Shown here one piece after another: positions 27,791 to 42,727 of a DNA stretch of 64,000 nucleotides. This DNA is from Eledone cirrhosa (taxonomy: Eukaryota), in the NCBI GenBank assembly GCA_964016885.1, contig OZ024758.1, positions 9,238,001 through 9,302,000 on the forward strand. Direction: 5' to 3'. The position numbers and the translations under genes were made by a program. Within the stretch, counting starts at the first letter, position 1. Each line of letters opens with the position of its first letter. The notes below the pieces were generated by a model. It was not told where the DNA came from and made no database searches. It saw only the letters and a program-made list of their open reading frames with translations.

Positions 27791-28024
27791 CAGCATCCAC
27801 TAAAACAGTGGACAGACAGGTACGTTATCGCTTTTCTTAACAAGCCCGCTTTATCTTATTTTTCCTAACATTTGCTTCCGTTGGTCAAAGGTGAACACAC
27901 ACACACACGACCCTTTCTTAGATAATACATTTGTATAATATATGTTTATGTATATGCATGTATTTATATACCGAAACATACAGATGAGTTACCTCCCTTC
28001 GCGTCATGTACAAACCACAAGAAC

Positions 28025-28200
28025 ATTATCGGTGGACGGTCAGAAGCCAAGCTTTGACGCATAGTTACGGCCCTTGCCATTCTGAGTTCAAATCCCACCG
28101 AGGTTAACTGTGCCTTTCATTCTTATAGGGTCAATAAAATAAAGTACCAGTAATGCACGGGGGTTAATTGCTGGCCTTGTGCCAAAAGTAGAAAATTATA
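28025..28200 (+). mobile_element. tRNA-derived SINE family 1 copy
   Basis: B box GAGTTCAAATCCC, central GCCTTTCAT..GGGGTC.ATAAAATAAAGTACCAG domain and an ATT-rich tail. Confidence 0.8.
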
Positions 28201-28669
28201 TATTAGTAGATATCTAAAGTGTGTCATAAGCCAGAAGGCTCATTTGGCCGGTGCTTATTCTGGTTTTATGGTGTGAAGCGACAGAGTACAAGACTCCCCA
28301 CCGGATAGGACGCCAGTCCATTGCAGGGTTAAACCCCCAGCTATTGCTGGTACTCATTTTCAGCCGAGTATACTGGTGCAACGTGAAGTGTTTTGCTCAA
28401 GAACACACCCCAGGAATCGAACCCACGACATTATGATCGCAAGCCCAACACCCTTACCACTAGGCCACGTGCCTCCACACACACACACATACATATATAT
28501 ATATATTAATGCCAAAAACTATGAGCACAACAAATGACAATTGCAACAACTGCGTAAACAGCAATAACACTAACCATGTTAGGGCTGCGCACAGCAGTGG
28601 GGTGGCTGGAGTGGTCATGTACGAGAACCCACTGACCGTCATCAAGCAATCGCTCAACAGGAACAAGAA

Positions 28670-29280
28670 CATGAAGACGTCGTATCTCAGAGTTGCCACT
28701 CTAACAGGTAGATCTGGTGAGATAATGGAGATGCTGAAGAGAAGGCATGTGGATATGGGCTGCGTACAAGAGGTGAGATGGAGAGGTGCCTCTGCAAGAC
28801 TAATCGCAGGCAAACATCTTACTTATAAGCTCTTCTGGGTGGGTAATGATGATGGGTTAGGTGGGGTAGGCATTTTATAGGTGGAGAGATGGATTGATAA
28901 GACAATGGAGGTAGTCAGAGTTAGTAATAGAATAATTAAGCTTAGATTAGTTGTAGGCAAGAGACTACTGACAATCATCTCTGCCTATGTTCCCCAGGAG
29001 GGCCTAGGTAAAGAAGAGAAGGACTGCTTTTACGAGCAACTCTTAGAAACAGCATCAATGACAGAGGACGGAGACATCGTTATGCTAACAGGGGACTTCA
29101 ATGGTCATGTTGGACAGCTCCAGGATGGATACACTGGGGTACATGGTGGGCATGGTTACGGCTCAAGAAATGAAGGAGTAAGGCTTCTTGAATTTTGTGA
29201 TGCAAGTGCATTAACCATTTGCAACACTAACTTCAAGAAACCTACCAACCACCTAATAACCTACCAATCAGGCGAGCACA
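28670..29280 (+). mobile_element. RTE LINE 5' fragment (APE endonuclease pseudo-ORF)
   Basis: MGCVQEVRWRG, GGVGIL, TIISAYVPQ, LTGDFNGHVG and NTNFKKPTNHLITYQSG. It is interrupted by a stop at 28878-28880 and truncated at a (GA)n run. Confidence 0.88.
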
Positions 29281-30934
29281 GAGAGAGAGAGAGGTCTAGC
29301 TCCAAATCTAGGAATATTTTTCTCACCGAACACAAAAAAATAAACTTTATCAAATCAGTAAACTCGTCGATCTTTAAGGTCCAAATACTTTGAATACCTT
29401 CCATTTTCAAGAAAATACTCCATCACCGATCAGTTGCAAACATTTTCAAAGCTCAAATGCAAGCTATATTGAAGAGCTACTGAGTCTGCTCTCAGAATTG
29501 ATGATGGACATTTATATTAAAAGTTATTCATATGCATAACTTGTGTTGAGGAATGGGAAAGTCTATGAAACGCCCACAGTCTACAGTTACTTTTGTTCAT
29601 ATATGAATGAAATTCTAATTAATCTAACCCGTTCATTTAAATAGCATATCTAGTCTATCAAGATTGAAATGAGTATATAATAGTTAATTTATTAATACAT
29701 TTCTAGATAGATAATGTATCAAAGACATGACACCCTCCTTAATTATCCACACAGAAAGCTTGCCAAACAAGGTCAAAGGACCCTTCAGTTTGTGTCAAAA
29801 GACACACCACCTCCTTTGCACTCAATATGACCATATGTAAACAGGATACAAACAACTTGGCCTGTCCAGAAGGCCAGTAACCCTATATCAGTACTGACTT
29901 GGTCTATGTAGACCTGTCTAATCCTTGCTAGCAGGGAAAGGTGATGTTAAATGATGATGGTGGTTCAAATTTAAATTACTCCAAGAATGTTTTCACTTTT
30001 TTATGTATACATACAAACATGTTCCCGCTGGTATGAGAACTTGCTGGCATTCTGTTATTTTACATCAAGTTCCTTGTTCTAATTAATGTTATGCAAAGTT
30101 GTCTGACTTTTGATAAACTACTTTACCAAAAGATTCTCTTTGTCACTCGTTAATTATTAAAGGTGAGGGTATAATTGGAAATTAGCACCTGTGGAGAGTA
30201 AAAAGTAGAGTTGTGTCGCTTGGGCATCAATCAATTCCTAAAACCAAAACAAAAAAAAAATGTTCAGTTCTGTTGCCTAGACAAGAGTTTTCCAAACTTA
30301 TTTTGTCATGGAACCCTAACTTGATTTTCCAAAAAAAAAAAAAATTTTTTTATTCACTTTTATTAAGAGACACCATATTTCAGGACCCATGTTAGGGAAT
30401 AATCTAGAGGTTTATGAAGAGTATACAGATAGTATGGTTTGCTCTAGACATTCTAAAGCTGAACATCAATTGAATCTGCCTCAGCAGACTGAAAAAGCTT
30501 AGAAAAGCCATGGACACTTCCTTTTCCCCTGACTAATGAATAATAACAATTAAAAGAAATTGCACATTATCACCTGTTTCATCAGGCATTTAGAAAGCCT
30601 TAGCTGACTAGATTAGCTCAGTATTTCTTGTCAGAGTTGCTAATATGCTTCAAAGCAACTTGAACCACAAACATTACAAACTAGTTCTTTTAATGTTACT
30701 TTTTAAACCTAACATATCAACTAAGAACTATTTCACACTTCAAGACTAATTAGCCATCATTGATTTTAATGAATCAGTTCCGGCTCTGGTTCTATGAAAT
30801 AAAGCCACCCATTTTAAAGGTTTCCAATCGAAATTAAAATCTTCCAACATAATTTTATATAAGAACCTTACACTAAGTTACTATCTTAATATTGAAATAA
30901 TTAATTTTAGTAAATCCCTCAAAATTCTTCATTG

Positions 30935-31120
30935 GTCGATTGGCAGTATCGGTAGAGGGTCGGACGCCATGCTTTCACGTATAGAGTTACGCCCCTTTAT
31001 GATCTGAGTTCAAATCCCGCCGAGGTTAACTTTGCCTTTCATCCTTACGGGGTCGATAAAATAAAGTACCAGTAATGCACTGGGATAATTACTGGCCTTG
31101 TGCCAAAAGTAGAAACAATT
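30935..31120 (+). mobile_element. SINE family 1 copy inserted into a TTAA-MITE relic (about 30770-31170)
   Basis: Full head GATTGGCAGTATCGGTAGAGGGTCGG, B box and tail. The flanks match the reverse complement of the MITE at about 15215-15435 and 17694-18117. Confidence 0.8.
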
Positions 31121-31225
31121 AATTAATTGAAACAGAATATTTCATTAGGAATGCAGACATGAAAAGGCTAGATAATTAGAATCAAAACATCTTCAACTTC
31201 ATATACAAAAAAGACTTTTCTAAGA

Positions 31226-31256
<31 letters not shown>

Positions 31257-31663
31257 TGTAAATACAATTTTAAGGATTTTATTTTTATTATATATATAAG
31301 CAGTATTTGTTTTTTGTTTTTTTTAAACGGCATGGTGCTGCCAAAATTATTTTGAAAAGACATCTGATAGTGATAGTCAGATACGTAAATATGAAGAAGG
31401 ATGATCTCAAAAAACCATTAGCTTAACAGAATTTAACAAGTAGTGGTTATAAAATAGCAGAGGAGCAGAAAAGTAATTGTCTACAACAGCCAGATGTCAG
31501 TTATGAAATCTCTAAAACGTTTAGCGTTTAAAAAAAAGTTAATCAAATTTTCATGGTCAGACGAGCACAATGCATGTTGTGACACTACACACACACATAT
31601 ATATATACGTACATATACATATATATATAAAGACAAACGATGTAGTTTCACAGAAAAGAATAT

Positions 31664-31820
31664 TTAGGCCTTATCGATCTTTTGTTGTACTTCATCGAAG
31701 GTTAGATCATCCAAGTCACATGCTTGCAACTCAACTTGAATTCCATTGAAAGCTCTTTTCATAGCACTGCGAGTCGCACTGTACATCATTTTGCGACGAA
31801 CACAGGCGTTGGATGGACAC
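31664..31820 (-). CDS. ADF/cofilin paralog B, coding exon 2 (W-CPSNACVRRKMMYSATRSAMKRAFNGIQVELQACDLDDLTFDEVQQKIDKA*)
   Basis: Not in the ORF track; translated by hand. The acceptor is TCTTTTTAAG|G, the exon is 157 nt like paralog A exon 2 (30/51 aa identical), and TAA is at 31666-31664. The intron is 14,087 nt. Confidence 0.92.
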
Positions 31821-34800
31821 CTTAAAAAGACAAAAAGTACCAGTATTTTAAAATGGCAGGAAGAATCAAAAACAAATTAGATTTTAAAGAAAAAAGTAAT
31901 TTAGATGTTTTTTTTTTTAATGTGAAAAAAGTAACCAATCAGTAAATATAAAAAGAAAATTGCAAAGTTATTGTTTAAGCTACTGTTTAGACACCAAGAT
32001 ACTCCCTTTAACCTTACTAATCCAAAATAGAACAAAAGCACTTTTTTGGATTATACAAACAAGGCTGAAAAGGAGGATGGCTCAAGTCAAAAGAATTAAT
32101 ATTACTCCTGAAATACTTGATCGTCGCTATGCTTGTTTAGCGTTGACACTGACATTTTTTTCCTTGTGGGAAGTAATGACATTAAGGAGACAAAAGTGTA
32201 CAGATTGGCACCACATACATTCATGCATGGTTTTTGGTGAGTTCACTGGATGTGTTTGTCAAGCATTTGGAGAAAGCTTGAGGTTGCGAGAAGTGAGATT
32301 GAGAAGGATGAGATGTAATAATGTTTTCTTGATGTAAACAATGCTTGTATATATTTTTACTGTTGACAGACAAGGTTGACAGGATCCCATTGGAGGATGC
32401 TTTCCAGATCTCAGTATATGCTTGGTGTGAGGCAAGTGGATGGCAATTGGTTGGGGAATGTTAAGTATGAAGAGAGGTTTCATCTACTTAAGAGAGTTTT
32501 GTTTGACATGATAGGCCACTGATATATAGTTGATAGAGTTTGAGACAGAATGAGAGAGCACTGTAAGCACAAGCCATTGGAAGTACAATCTGATAGGAAG
32601 ATAACTATGAAATGATGGACAGAGACCAACAGTGAGCAATTGTGAGGAGATTCATATACCAAGATACGAATGAACTATTTTGTGAAAATACAACTAGAAG
32701 TTGATAGAAACCGCGGAGTGGGGAGACCCAAGAAGACCTGGGATCAGGTGATAAAAGCCGACCATACCCAATTACACCTCTGAAAGGCGATGACACAGGA
32801 CCGTGACCTCTGGCGTCACGCAGTAATACAGAAGCCCCCCCGCCCCCCCCCCCCCCACGGGTACAAGCTGAAGCATATAGACAATATGCTCCCACACCCT
32901 CCCACTGCAAACCGAAAGGTTTGTATTTTCTGGAATAACAAGACATAAATGCTGCATCATATAACAAAATTCTGCTAAGCAAGATAAATATGGTTGTCTA
33001 ACCCCAGTTCAACAGCCCTATAATCTTATTTTTCCAATGCATCCTTCCGTCATTAAAACAGCATTGTGTGATATGGGGAAAAAACTAGCAACTATTATGT
33101 CATGGGTTGACACCTAGAGACTCATCAGGAACAACACATCAGTTAATGTAATCCTAGTTACAATATGCCTAAAATAAAAAGTTGTCACGACTGAACACAT
33201 TTGAACAGAGATCAGTTTGATCAGGGTAGACCTAGCAATAAAAAACCTCAGTGGCATTCTAAATACAATCTTCATACAAGCAAAATTAAATTTTTTAAAT
33301 GTTTCAAATTACTTAGATCCGTGGTTATCAAACCCTTTTTATTACTTATGGACCCCTTTGATTGTTATTTTACCCTGGTGGTGCCCCATAGCAATTCCAT
33401 GTTAAAAAAAACAAAAACTACTGTATTTTTATAATGAAATAGTGTTAAGAACTGTATAAAAAGTGTTAAAATATTTTGTGTATAACCAATATATTGCACA
33501 TAGCATTTAAACCGGCTGTATCCGGCCAGTGTTCTTTCACCTTTCTTTTCAAACTGGCTATAACTGACCACTCATACTGATGTCAAGGTATTGTTCTCAA
33601 AATAAATAACATCATAATCTTATTGATTCAATGTTATGTGAGTTAATTATGTAAGATAAAGCCTTTACCACAAAAATACAGTAGTATATATAGAGTAATG
33701 TAAATGCTGAAAGGATAAACAACTAAATTCTATGGAAAATATGCAGAATCCCTCATCTTTTCAAGAACAAAATCCCAGGAAGAATAGTGCCTCACAATTG
33801 GAAAAACCTCTGACTATACTTCTCCCTACATATGTGCGCGCACGTGTACGTACATTTACACACACACAATCTGGGAGAACAGTGGCTCTGCTTTAGTACT
33901 GATTTGCTCTATGTAGACCCGTCTAAACCTCGCTAGCAAGGAGAGTAGATGTTAAAACAAAAATGATGATATGTATATATATTGCACGGAAGTGAGATCT
34001 GGGCACTGTCTCTTGAAAACTTGCAAAGATTGGAAGAAATGAAGCTTGCTTGCTGAGATGGATGTGGATTTGTAGTGTGCATGAATAGAAACTAGGCATA
34101 AGGTTGGTCAGATGCAGTGCAGGAGAGGAGATTGCAGTGGTAGGACATGAGGCATATGGAGCACGACAACTGTATAAAAAGATACAGGAAACTATGGTAG
34201 AGGAAGACCTAGGAAAGTTTGCGATGAAGTTATAAAAGCTGACCTTGCCCAATAAAAGCTCAAAGGAAATGACACAGGATCGAGATATCTTGCATTAAGC
34301 TTGTACTGCTTGCATAAGTACAAAGGATGTAACATACATGTAGAGGGTACTAGTCAGCATCTACTCTTTACCTGTTCTCAGAGAAATAGCCCTTCCACCT
34401 CATGTCAAACTAGCTTCCCCTCCCACTCGTTACACCTTCCCTGCCCAACCCCCACATACAAGCATCCCTACGAAAAAAAGCATGCAGCCCACCTTATAAG
34501 GAAGTTGGCATTAGCAAGGGCACGCAGCTGTAGAAACTAAGAAAAACTACAGATCCATAATGACATGGTCAGCTGAATTGACTTGTCTTAACGTGACTCC
34601 CTGTCTAACACATGCAAGCCTGGAAAAATAGGTGAGGATGATGATAACAGGTGTATTACTGTTTCACCTGTCTGGCTGAGAACCCCAACATACTAAAATA
34701 TTGATATGAATTGAGCAAGACATGCTATCCTCATCTGAGTCGTGAAGCTATTATTGTCCCTTTTCCATGCAAGCTTGGAAAAGGGACATTAATTGACAAT

Positions 34801-35110
34801 GACACACACACACACAAAATCACTCATTCCACCCCATGTAGTGGTTGTGTTGGTGACACGACTGAGGGGAAAAAAGCATCCAGTCTATATTGTAACGTAG
34901 TTGGCGTTAAGAAGGGCATCTAACAAAAACTAAACAGGACCATATGAGCCAAACACAATCACCTAATTTGACTTGTTTCACTATGTGACAACTTATGGAA
35001 GGTGTTGATGTTGAGCAATGAATACAAAAGGCCAAGTTTAGTGCTTAATTGGTTAAATGTTTTATGTTTGACCATGATATATCAGTGATGAAGAAGGTAA
35101 GACCGCTCTA

Positions 35111-35323
35111 TTGTACAGAGATAAATAATTGTTTCTACTTTTGGCACAAGGCCAGCAATTACCCAGTGTATTACTGGTACTTTATTTTATCGACCCCGTA
35201 AGGATGAAAGGCAAAGTTATTTGAACTCAGAATGGCAAGGGCCGTAACTTTATGCGTCAAAGCATGACGTCCGACCCTCTACCGATACTGCCAATCCACC
35301 GCCCTTGTACAGAGATAAATAAT
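35111..35323 (-). mobile_element. SINE family 1 copy with 19-bp target-site duplication
   Basis: The TSD TTGTACAGAGATAAATAAT is at 35111-35129 and 35305-35323. Confidence 0.88.
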
Positions 35324-36820
35324 ATGGAGTTGTATCACCATGTATGCATGTGCATATGTATGATGTTTGTATATAAATATATATATATCATCATCATCAT
35401 CGTTTAACGTCCCTGTTCCAAGCTTGCATGGGTTTGGACGGGTATATATATATATAATCATGTAGGTGTCATAAAAAGCACCCAGTACACTGTAAATGTG
35501 GTTGGCATTAGGAAGGGTATCTAGCCATAGAAACTAAGCAACAATTGGTCCAGTGTGACCTAACTTGGCTCACATCTGGACAACTCGTCTAACCCATGGT
35601 AGCCTGGAAAAAAGAACGTTAAATGGTGATACACACACACACACACATGCATGCACCCATCATCATTGATTAACGAGCAAATTTTCCCTGCTAGTGAAGG
35701 TAGCACGGGTCTAAAAACAGCAAGTCAGTATTGTATCTGGTCTGCTGAACTCCCAAATAGGCCAAAGGGAGGTCTTCATCTTACATATATATGGACACGT
35801 TCTACAGAGGGCAGAGCAGAGGTTGGGATGTCTCTACAACTGAAAGGTCCTCCTAACCCATTATTTGGCAAGATTTTTATGGTTGGATGCCCTTCCAAAC
35901 AGTAGTGACCAACTCTCCAATCAGCAAAAAATAGGAGAGAACAAGCAAGGCCAGCAAATGACAGCCACTTGGTCTGTTTCGAAATGAAATAGGCTAAGAG
36001 CTGCATTAAGACATTATATACAGGTGAGTTTGTATACATACTCATATATACATACACACACACACACGTATATACATATATACTCACAATACACACACAT
36101 ATATACATATATACTCACATATGGTGGCTGCCAACTCGTTTTCGAGTACGGCCACTACTTTACATCCATGTAGGATAACCCCTACCGAAGCGCTGAACGA
36201 GTGTGACTTTTTAGTCCAGCCAGCGACTTGAAACCTCTGGTACAAACACTACACCTGTGACAATTATTGACACAGTGCTAGGCCCATGGTAGGACAATTA
36301 TTGACACATAGTGCTGGGCCCATGTGAGGACAAGTGCAGAGAGATCTCCAGATATAAAGCAATGCCTGTGCCGTGAAGCTTTTATAGTGAGCAAAGGCAC
36401 TGCACAAAGCCAGTCCCACTCTCTTAACCAAGATGCTATTTACCAAAAAGAAGAACAAGTCAACATCATTGGATACCATCAGGGTTGCAGGTGTTATATC
36501 AGAGTTTTCCTTCTCCTAGAATTCTGCCTTGACTAAGGCTAAAGGGGTCATCTCTCCCGGTGATTTTGGATGGCCATTGACTCTTAAGAGCTCCTTTGCC
36601 CTTTGACAGGTTTTGTTTTTAGTCCTGCAGGATGTCCAAAGTCACCCTCCTCACCAAGAAACCTTGGTGGGGTTGCCAGTTTAGTCGCCAACGACCCGAC
36701 CATGAGACAGGTTGTACTGGGATACATGTTACCAGTAGCACCAACTGGTGACCTGACATATATATACATATATACTCACATATATATACATATATATATA
36801 CACATATATATATACATATA

Positions 36821-37632
36821 TCATCATCATCAGGTCGAGCTTGCTTGGCTTTCTACGACATGTTTCCTCCATCCATCTCTGTCTCTCATAGCGTTTGCCA
36901 GTTCTTCCGCAGTGCATCCAGTATCGTCCTCAAGTTGCTTGACGTATGTCTTCTTGGGACGACCAGCGTTTCTTGCTCCACGAGATGGACTCCATAACAA
37001 CACATCACCTGCTATTTCTTCCTTGCTGCGCCAACAGTGGCCAGCAAATCTGAGTCTCTGTCCACGTATTGACCTGCTGATAGGTGGTATATTGCCATAG
37101 AGATCCTTATTTGTTGGGTGTTCCCTCCAAGACACGTTTAAAGCAGCACGGAGCATACGTGTGTATGCCGCGTCTAGCTTTTTCTCCAGTTTCGACGTGA
37201 GCTCCCAAGTGATAGAGCCATAAACAAGCACAGATTCCACAGCAGCCCTGAAGAAATTCCTTTTCAATGCTCCCCAGGCTTTTCCCAGTCTGATGTTAAC
37301 ATCAGTATTTGATTCCATCCATCGTAGGAGGATGAGAGAGATACTTCTAGCCTACGGCTTGCCAAAGGAAACAGTAAATGCCATCATGATGTTATATAAA
37401 AACACCCGCGCAATGGTGCACTCACCTGATGGAGATACCAACTTCTTTGACATCATTGCAGGAGTACTCCAAGGGGATACTCTTGCACCATATATTTTTA
37501 TCATCTGCTTCGACTATGTATTGAGAAAACTTAGAGCTTGGTTTCACTCTCACAAAGCGAAAGTGTAGACGCCATGCAGCTCAGAAAATCACCGATGCTG
37601 ACTATGCTGACGATTTAGCGGTCCTACCTTAA
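36821..37632 (-). mobile_element. Relatively young 5'-truncated, 5'-inverted RTE LINE
   Basis: Minus strand 36830-37321 encodes the ORF C-terminus (VNIRLGKAW, VESVLVYGSITW, LRFAGHCWR, GRPKKTY) followed by a (TGA)n tail. Plus strand 37308-37630 encodes the RT core (FDSIHR, GVLQGDTLAPYIF, DYADDLAVL). Confidence 0.9.
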
Positions 37633-37685
37633 CGATGCAATATATATACTCACATATATATATACATATATACTCACATATATAT

Positions 37686-38022
37686 GGAGGCACATGGCTT
37701 AGTGGTTAGAGTATTGGCCTTGCAATCGAAAGGTTGTGAGTTCAATTCTCAGACCGGGTGATGTGTTGTTTCCTTGAGCAAGGCACTTTATTTCACATTG
37801 CTCCAGCTTACTCAGCTGTAAAAATGAGATGATAGGGACTGGAGTCCCTATCATTCCACTGCAAAGTGGTCGTGGAGGTGCCACGTCAAAAAAGCACCCA
37901 GCACTCACTGTAAATGAGGTTGGTGTTAGGAAGGGCATCCAGCTATAGAAATCAAGCCAGAATCAGTTCCCGTCCCACCCTTGCAAGCAGGGAAAAAGCG
38001 GATGTAAAATGAAATGATGATG
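37686..38022 (+). mobile_element. tRNA-derived SINE family 2 copy
   Basis: A box TGGCTTAGTGG, B box GAGTTCAATTC, core TCCTTGAGCAAGGCACTT, 3' part GGTGTTAGGAAGGGCATCC and a (GAT)n tail. Confidence 0.85.
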
Positions 38023-38355
38023 ATATACAAACGTATATATATACACACACATAAATACATGTATACACACACCATCATAATCATCAGTGTAGGAGTAGTG
38101 AATTGGGGTGTATATTTGGTTAAGAGGTGCCTACTAACTGCAGGTTTCACTTTGTACATAAGGTAAGGCGGGTCTTCTTTATTTCTGCGTAGCGCCAAAG
38201 ATCTCGGTCCAGTGACATTGTCTTAGAGAGGTGTAAGTGGGTAAGGTCGGAATTTATCAGATCGTCCCAGGTTTTTCTGGGTCTGCTTACTCCGTAACTT
38301 CCATCAATTTTGATTGCCCTGCACTTTTTTTTTACAGCTGTCTTTCATGCGCGTA

Positions 38356-38902
38356 CACATATATATACATATACACATACATATATATATACACACATAC
38401 ATATATATATACACATACATATATATATACACATACATATATATATACACATACATATATATATACACATACATATATATATACACATACATATATATAC
38501 ACACATACATATATATATACACATACATATATATACACACATACATATATATATACACATACATATATATATACACATACATATATATACACACATGCAT
38601 ATATATACACACATACATATATATACACATACATATATATACACATACATATATATACACATACATATATATACACATACATATATATACAGATACATAT
38701 ATATACACATACACACATACACACATATACACATATATACATATACACATATATACATATACACATATATACATATACACATACATACATATACACATAC
38801 ATACATATACACATACATACATATACACATACATACATATACACATACATATATACATACATATATACACATACACACATATACATACACACATATACAC
38901 AT
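38356..38902. repeat. Compound (CA/TA)n microsatellite
   Basis: Low-complexity ACAT-type repeats. Confidence 0.95.
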
Positions 38903-39212
38903 ATTTCATTTTACGTCCGCTTTTCCCTGCTTGCAAAGGCGAGACAGGAACTGATTTTGGCTTGATTTCTACAGCTGGATGCCCTTCCTAACACCAACCT
39001 CATTTACAGTGAGTGCTGGGTACTTTTTTTGCCGTGGCACCTCCACGGCCACTTTGCAGTCCCTATCATCTCATTTCTACAGCTGAGTAAACTGGAGCAA
39101 TGTGAAATAAAGTGTCTTGCTCAAGGAAACAACACATCACCCGGTCTGAGAATTGAACTCTCAACCTTTCGATTGCAAGGCCAATGCTCTAACCACTAAG
39201 CCATGTGCCTCC
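38903..39212 (-). mobile_element. SINE family 2 copy (inverted relative to 37686 and 42728)
   Basis: The reverse complement closely matches 37686-38022, with a short internal deletion. Confidence 0.85.
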
Positions 39213-41436
39213 ATATATATACACATATAGCCATGTGCCTCCAAATATATACACACATATCTATATATACATATACACACATATCTATATATACATATAC
39301 ACACACACACATACACACATATATATATACACACACACACATACACATATATATATATATACACACACACACACATACACATATATATATATATATACAC
39401 ACACACACATACACATACACACATATATACACACACATATATACATACGTATATATACATATATACACATATATACATACATATATACACACATACGTAT
39501 ATATATATACATATATACATATATACACATATATATATATACACACATATATATACACACATATATATACACACATATATACACACACATATATACACAC
39601 ATATATATACACACATATATATACACATATATACACATATATATATATACACACATATATATATATACACACATATATATATATACACATATATATATAT
39701 ATACACATATATATATATACACACATATATACATATACACATACACACATATATACATATACACATATATACATATACACATACATATACACACATATAT
39801 ACACATACATATACACACATATATACATATACACATATATACATACATATACACATATATATACACATACATATATATATACACATACATATATATATAC
39901 ACATACATATATATATACACATACATATATATATACACATACATACATATGCACATATATATATATACATACATACACATATATATACATACATATACAC
40001 ATATATATACATACATATACACATATATATACATACATATACACATATATATACATATATACACATATATATACATACATACATATACACATATACACAT
40101 ACATACATACACATACACATACATACATACATATACACATATACACATACATACATATACACATATATACAGATACATACATATACACATACATACACAT
40201 ATATATATATACATACATATACACACATATATATACATATACACATATATATACATATACACACATATACATATACACACATACATACATATACACACAT
40301 ATATACATACATATACACATATATATACATACATATACACATATATATACATACATATACACATATATATACATACATATACACATATATATACATACAT
40401 ATACACATATATATACATACATATACATATATATATACATACATATACACATATATATACATACATATACACATATATATACATACATATACACATATAT
40501 ATACATACATATACACATATATATACATACATATACACATATATATACATACATATACACACATATACATACATACACATATATACATACATATACACAT
40601 ATACATACATATACACATATACATACATATACACATATACATACATATACACATATACATACATATACACATATACATACATATACACATATACATACAC
40701 ATATATATATACATACACATATATATATACATACACACACATATATATATACATACACACACATATATATATACATACATACACACATATATACATACAT
40801 ATACACATATATACATATATATATATACATACATACATATACACATATATACATACATACACATATATATACATACATACATACACATATATATATATAC
40901 ATACATACACATATATATATACATACATACACATATATATATACATACATACACATATATATATACATACATACACATATATATATACATACACCTATAT
41001 ATACATACACCTATATATACATACACCTATATATACATACACCTATATATACATACACCTATATATACATACACCTATATATACATACACCTATATATAC
41101 ACACATATATATATACATACACCTATATATACATACACATATATACACACATATATATACACATATATATACACACATATATATATACACATATATATAT
41201 ACACATATACATACACATAAACACATTTACACATATATATATACATAAACACATATATATATATACATAAACACATATATATATATACATAAACATATAT
41301 ATACACATAAACACACATATATATATATATATATATACATAAACACATATATTCATATATACACATATATATATATATATATGTATACATATATGCACAT
41401 ATATATATATATCGACATATACATATACACGCACAC
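39213..41436. repeat. About 2.2-kb compound (CA/TA)n microsatellite array
   Basis: Almost purely A/C/T alternating purine-pyrimidine sequence on +. It is the source of the long YIHT/MCVY pseudo-ORFs. Confidence 0.95.
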
Positions 41437-41439
41437 AGT

Positions 41440-42690
41440 CTAAGACTAATGTTCTAGTATGTAGAAAGGAAAACAGGGCACAGCTACTCTCTGGTAAATG
41501 GCCATGCTCAGTGTGTAGAAAAGGAGTAGGTAGAAATCCCATTCTATGCTCCAAATGCAAACTATGGGTACATAAAAGATGTAGTGGGATCACAGGCAAG
41601 CTATTTAAGAATGTAGATTTTATATGTCCGATGCTCAGGTGTAATAAGTAGGAATTGCCCAATAGCTCCTATTGCCCAGTTGGTTTTATAGAAATATTAG
41701 ACACTTTCCGTTACCTCCGTGAAAAATATCAGCAGTGGTGGAGGGTGCTCTGAAAGTACAGTAGCCTGAGTTAGAACGGGATGGAAAAAGTTCAGAGAGC
41801 TTATACCGCTGTTGGCCACAAAAGGTTTCTCTCTAAAAATGAAAGGTAGACTGCATGATGCTTGTATACGAACAGCAATGTTACATGGCAGTGAGACATG
41901 GGCATTGTGTGCAGAGGACCTGCGCAGATTGGAAAGGAACGAAGCATGCTCCGTTGGATATGTAATAGTAATATACACGAACGGCAAAACAAACGAACTA
42001 AGTGAGAAATTAGGAATAAGAGGGATCAGATGCTGTTTAATTGAGAGGAGATTACGTTGGTATGGTCATGATAAAATCCGACCTTGCAGACTTACACCCG
42101 AAGACGATGTTACTGGATCGAGACCTTTGGTGCTACGCAGCAATACAGAAGACCCGCCTTCCCTTACTTACAAAGTTAAACCCAGTCAATAGGCAACTCT
42201 TAACCAAATATACACCCCAACTCACAACTCCATCCTCCCACACCACCATTTCTCTGTAAAGTTAGGTTGGCATCAGAAAATCCAGTCCAAACTGAAGAGG
42301 TCGTGTAGGTGTCACGACAGAAAAGCACCCAGTCCACGCTGTAAAGTGGTCGTGTAGATAACACGGTAAACAGTTCCTAGTCCACATTGTAAATGTGGTT
42401 GGTGTTAGGAAGGGCATCCAACCATAGAAAGCCTGCCATATACAGTTCCTATACGAGCGAGACACGCACACACAACCACACATATATATATACATACGCC
42501 ACGATAAAATGCACCCAGTATACACTTTAAATGTGGTTGGCATTAGGAAGGGAATCAAGCCATAGAAACCAAGCCAACACTGGTTCTGTCTGAGCAAGAC
42601 ACGGTCATCTGATCTGGCTTGCCTCCTAAACGACAACTTGTGTAACCCATGATAGCATGGGAAAATGGACGTTAAACAGTGATGATGACA
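41440..42690 (+). mobile_element. RTE LINE 3' fragment (Cys-rich segment, ORF end and 3'UTR)
   Basis: WPCSVCRKGVGRNPILCSKCKLWVHKRCSGI, MKGRLHDACIRTAMLHGSETWAL and RRLRWYGH, then a 3' region with GGTGTTAGGAAGGGCATCC and a GATGATGA tail. Confidence 0.82.
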
Positions 42691-42727
42691 TATATACATA
42701 TACACACAAATATATATAGACACATAT

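Noticed and set aside
28509-29393. Host gene of the 'craniofacial development protein 2-like' type
   Set aside because: It is a LINE APE endonuclease fragment with an in-frame stop and a 3' truncation.
36123-36203. Possible HDV-like ribozyme (GTGGCTG/CGGCCAC, ACTCGT/ACGAGT, CTGA)
   Set aside because: There is no room for the P3/L3 element and no GG for P1.1 after P1, so the pairing is more simply a local hairpin. An Infernal scan against HDV models would settle it.
37686-37760. tRNA gene
   Set aside because: A and B boxes are present, but it is the head of a multicopy SINE with no proper acceptor stem. The same applies to the family 1 heads.
38237-41390. Long His/Tyr/Ile/Thr and Met/Cys/Val/Tyr ORFs
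   Set aside because: These are translations of (CA/TA)n microsatellite and are open in nearly all frames.
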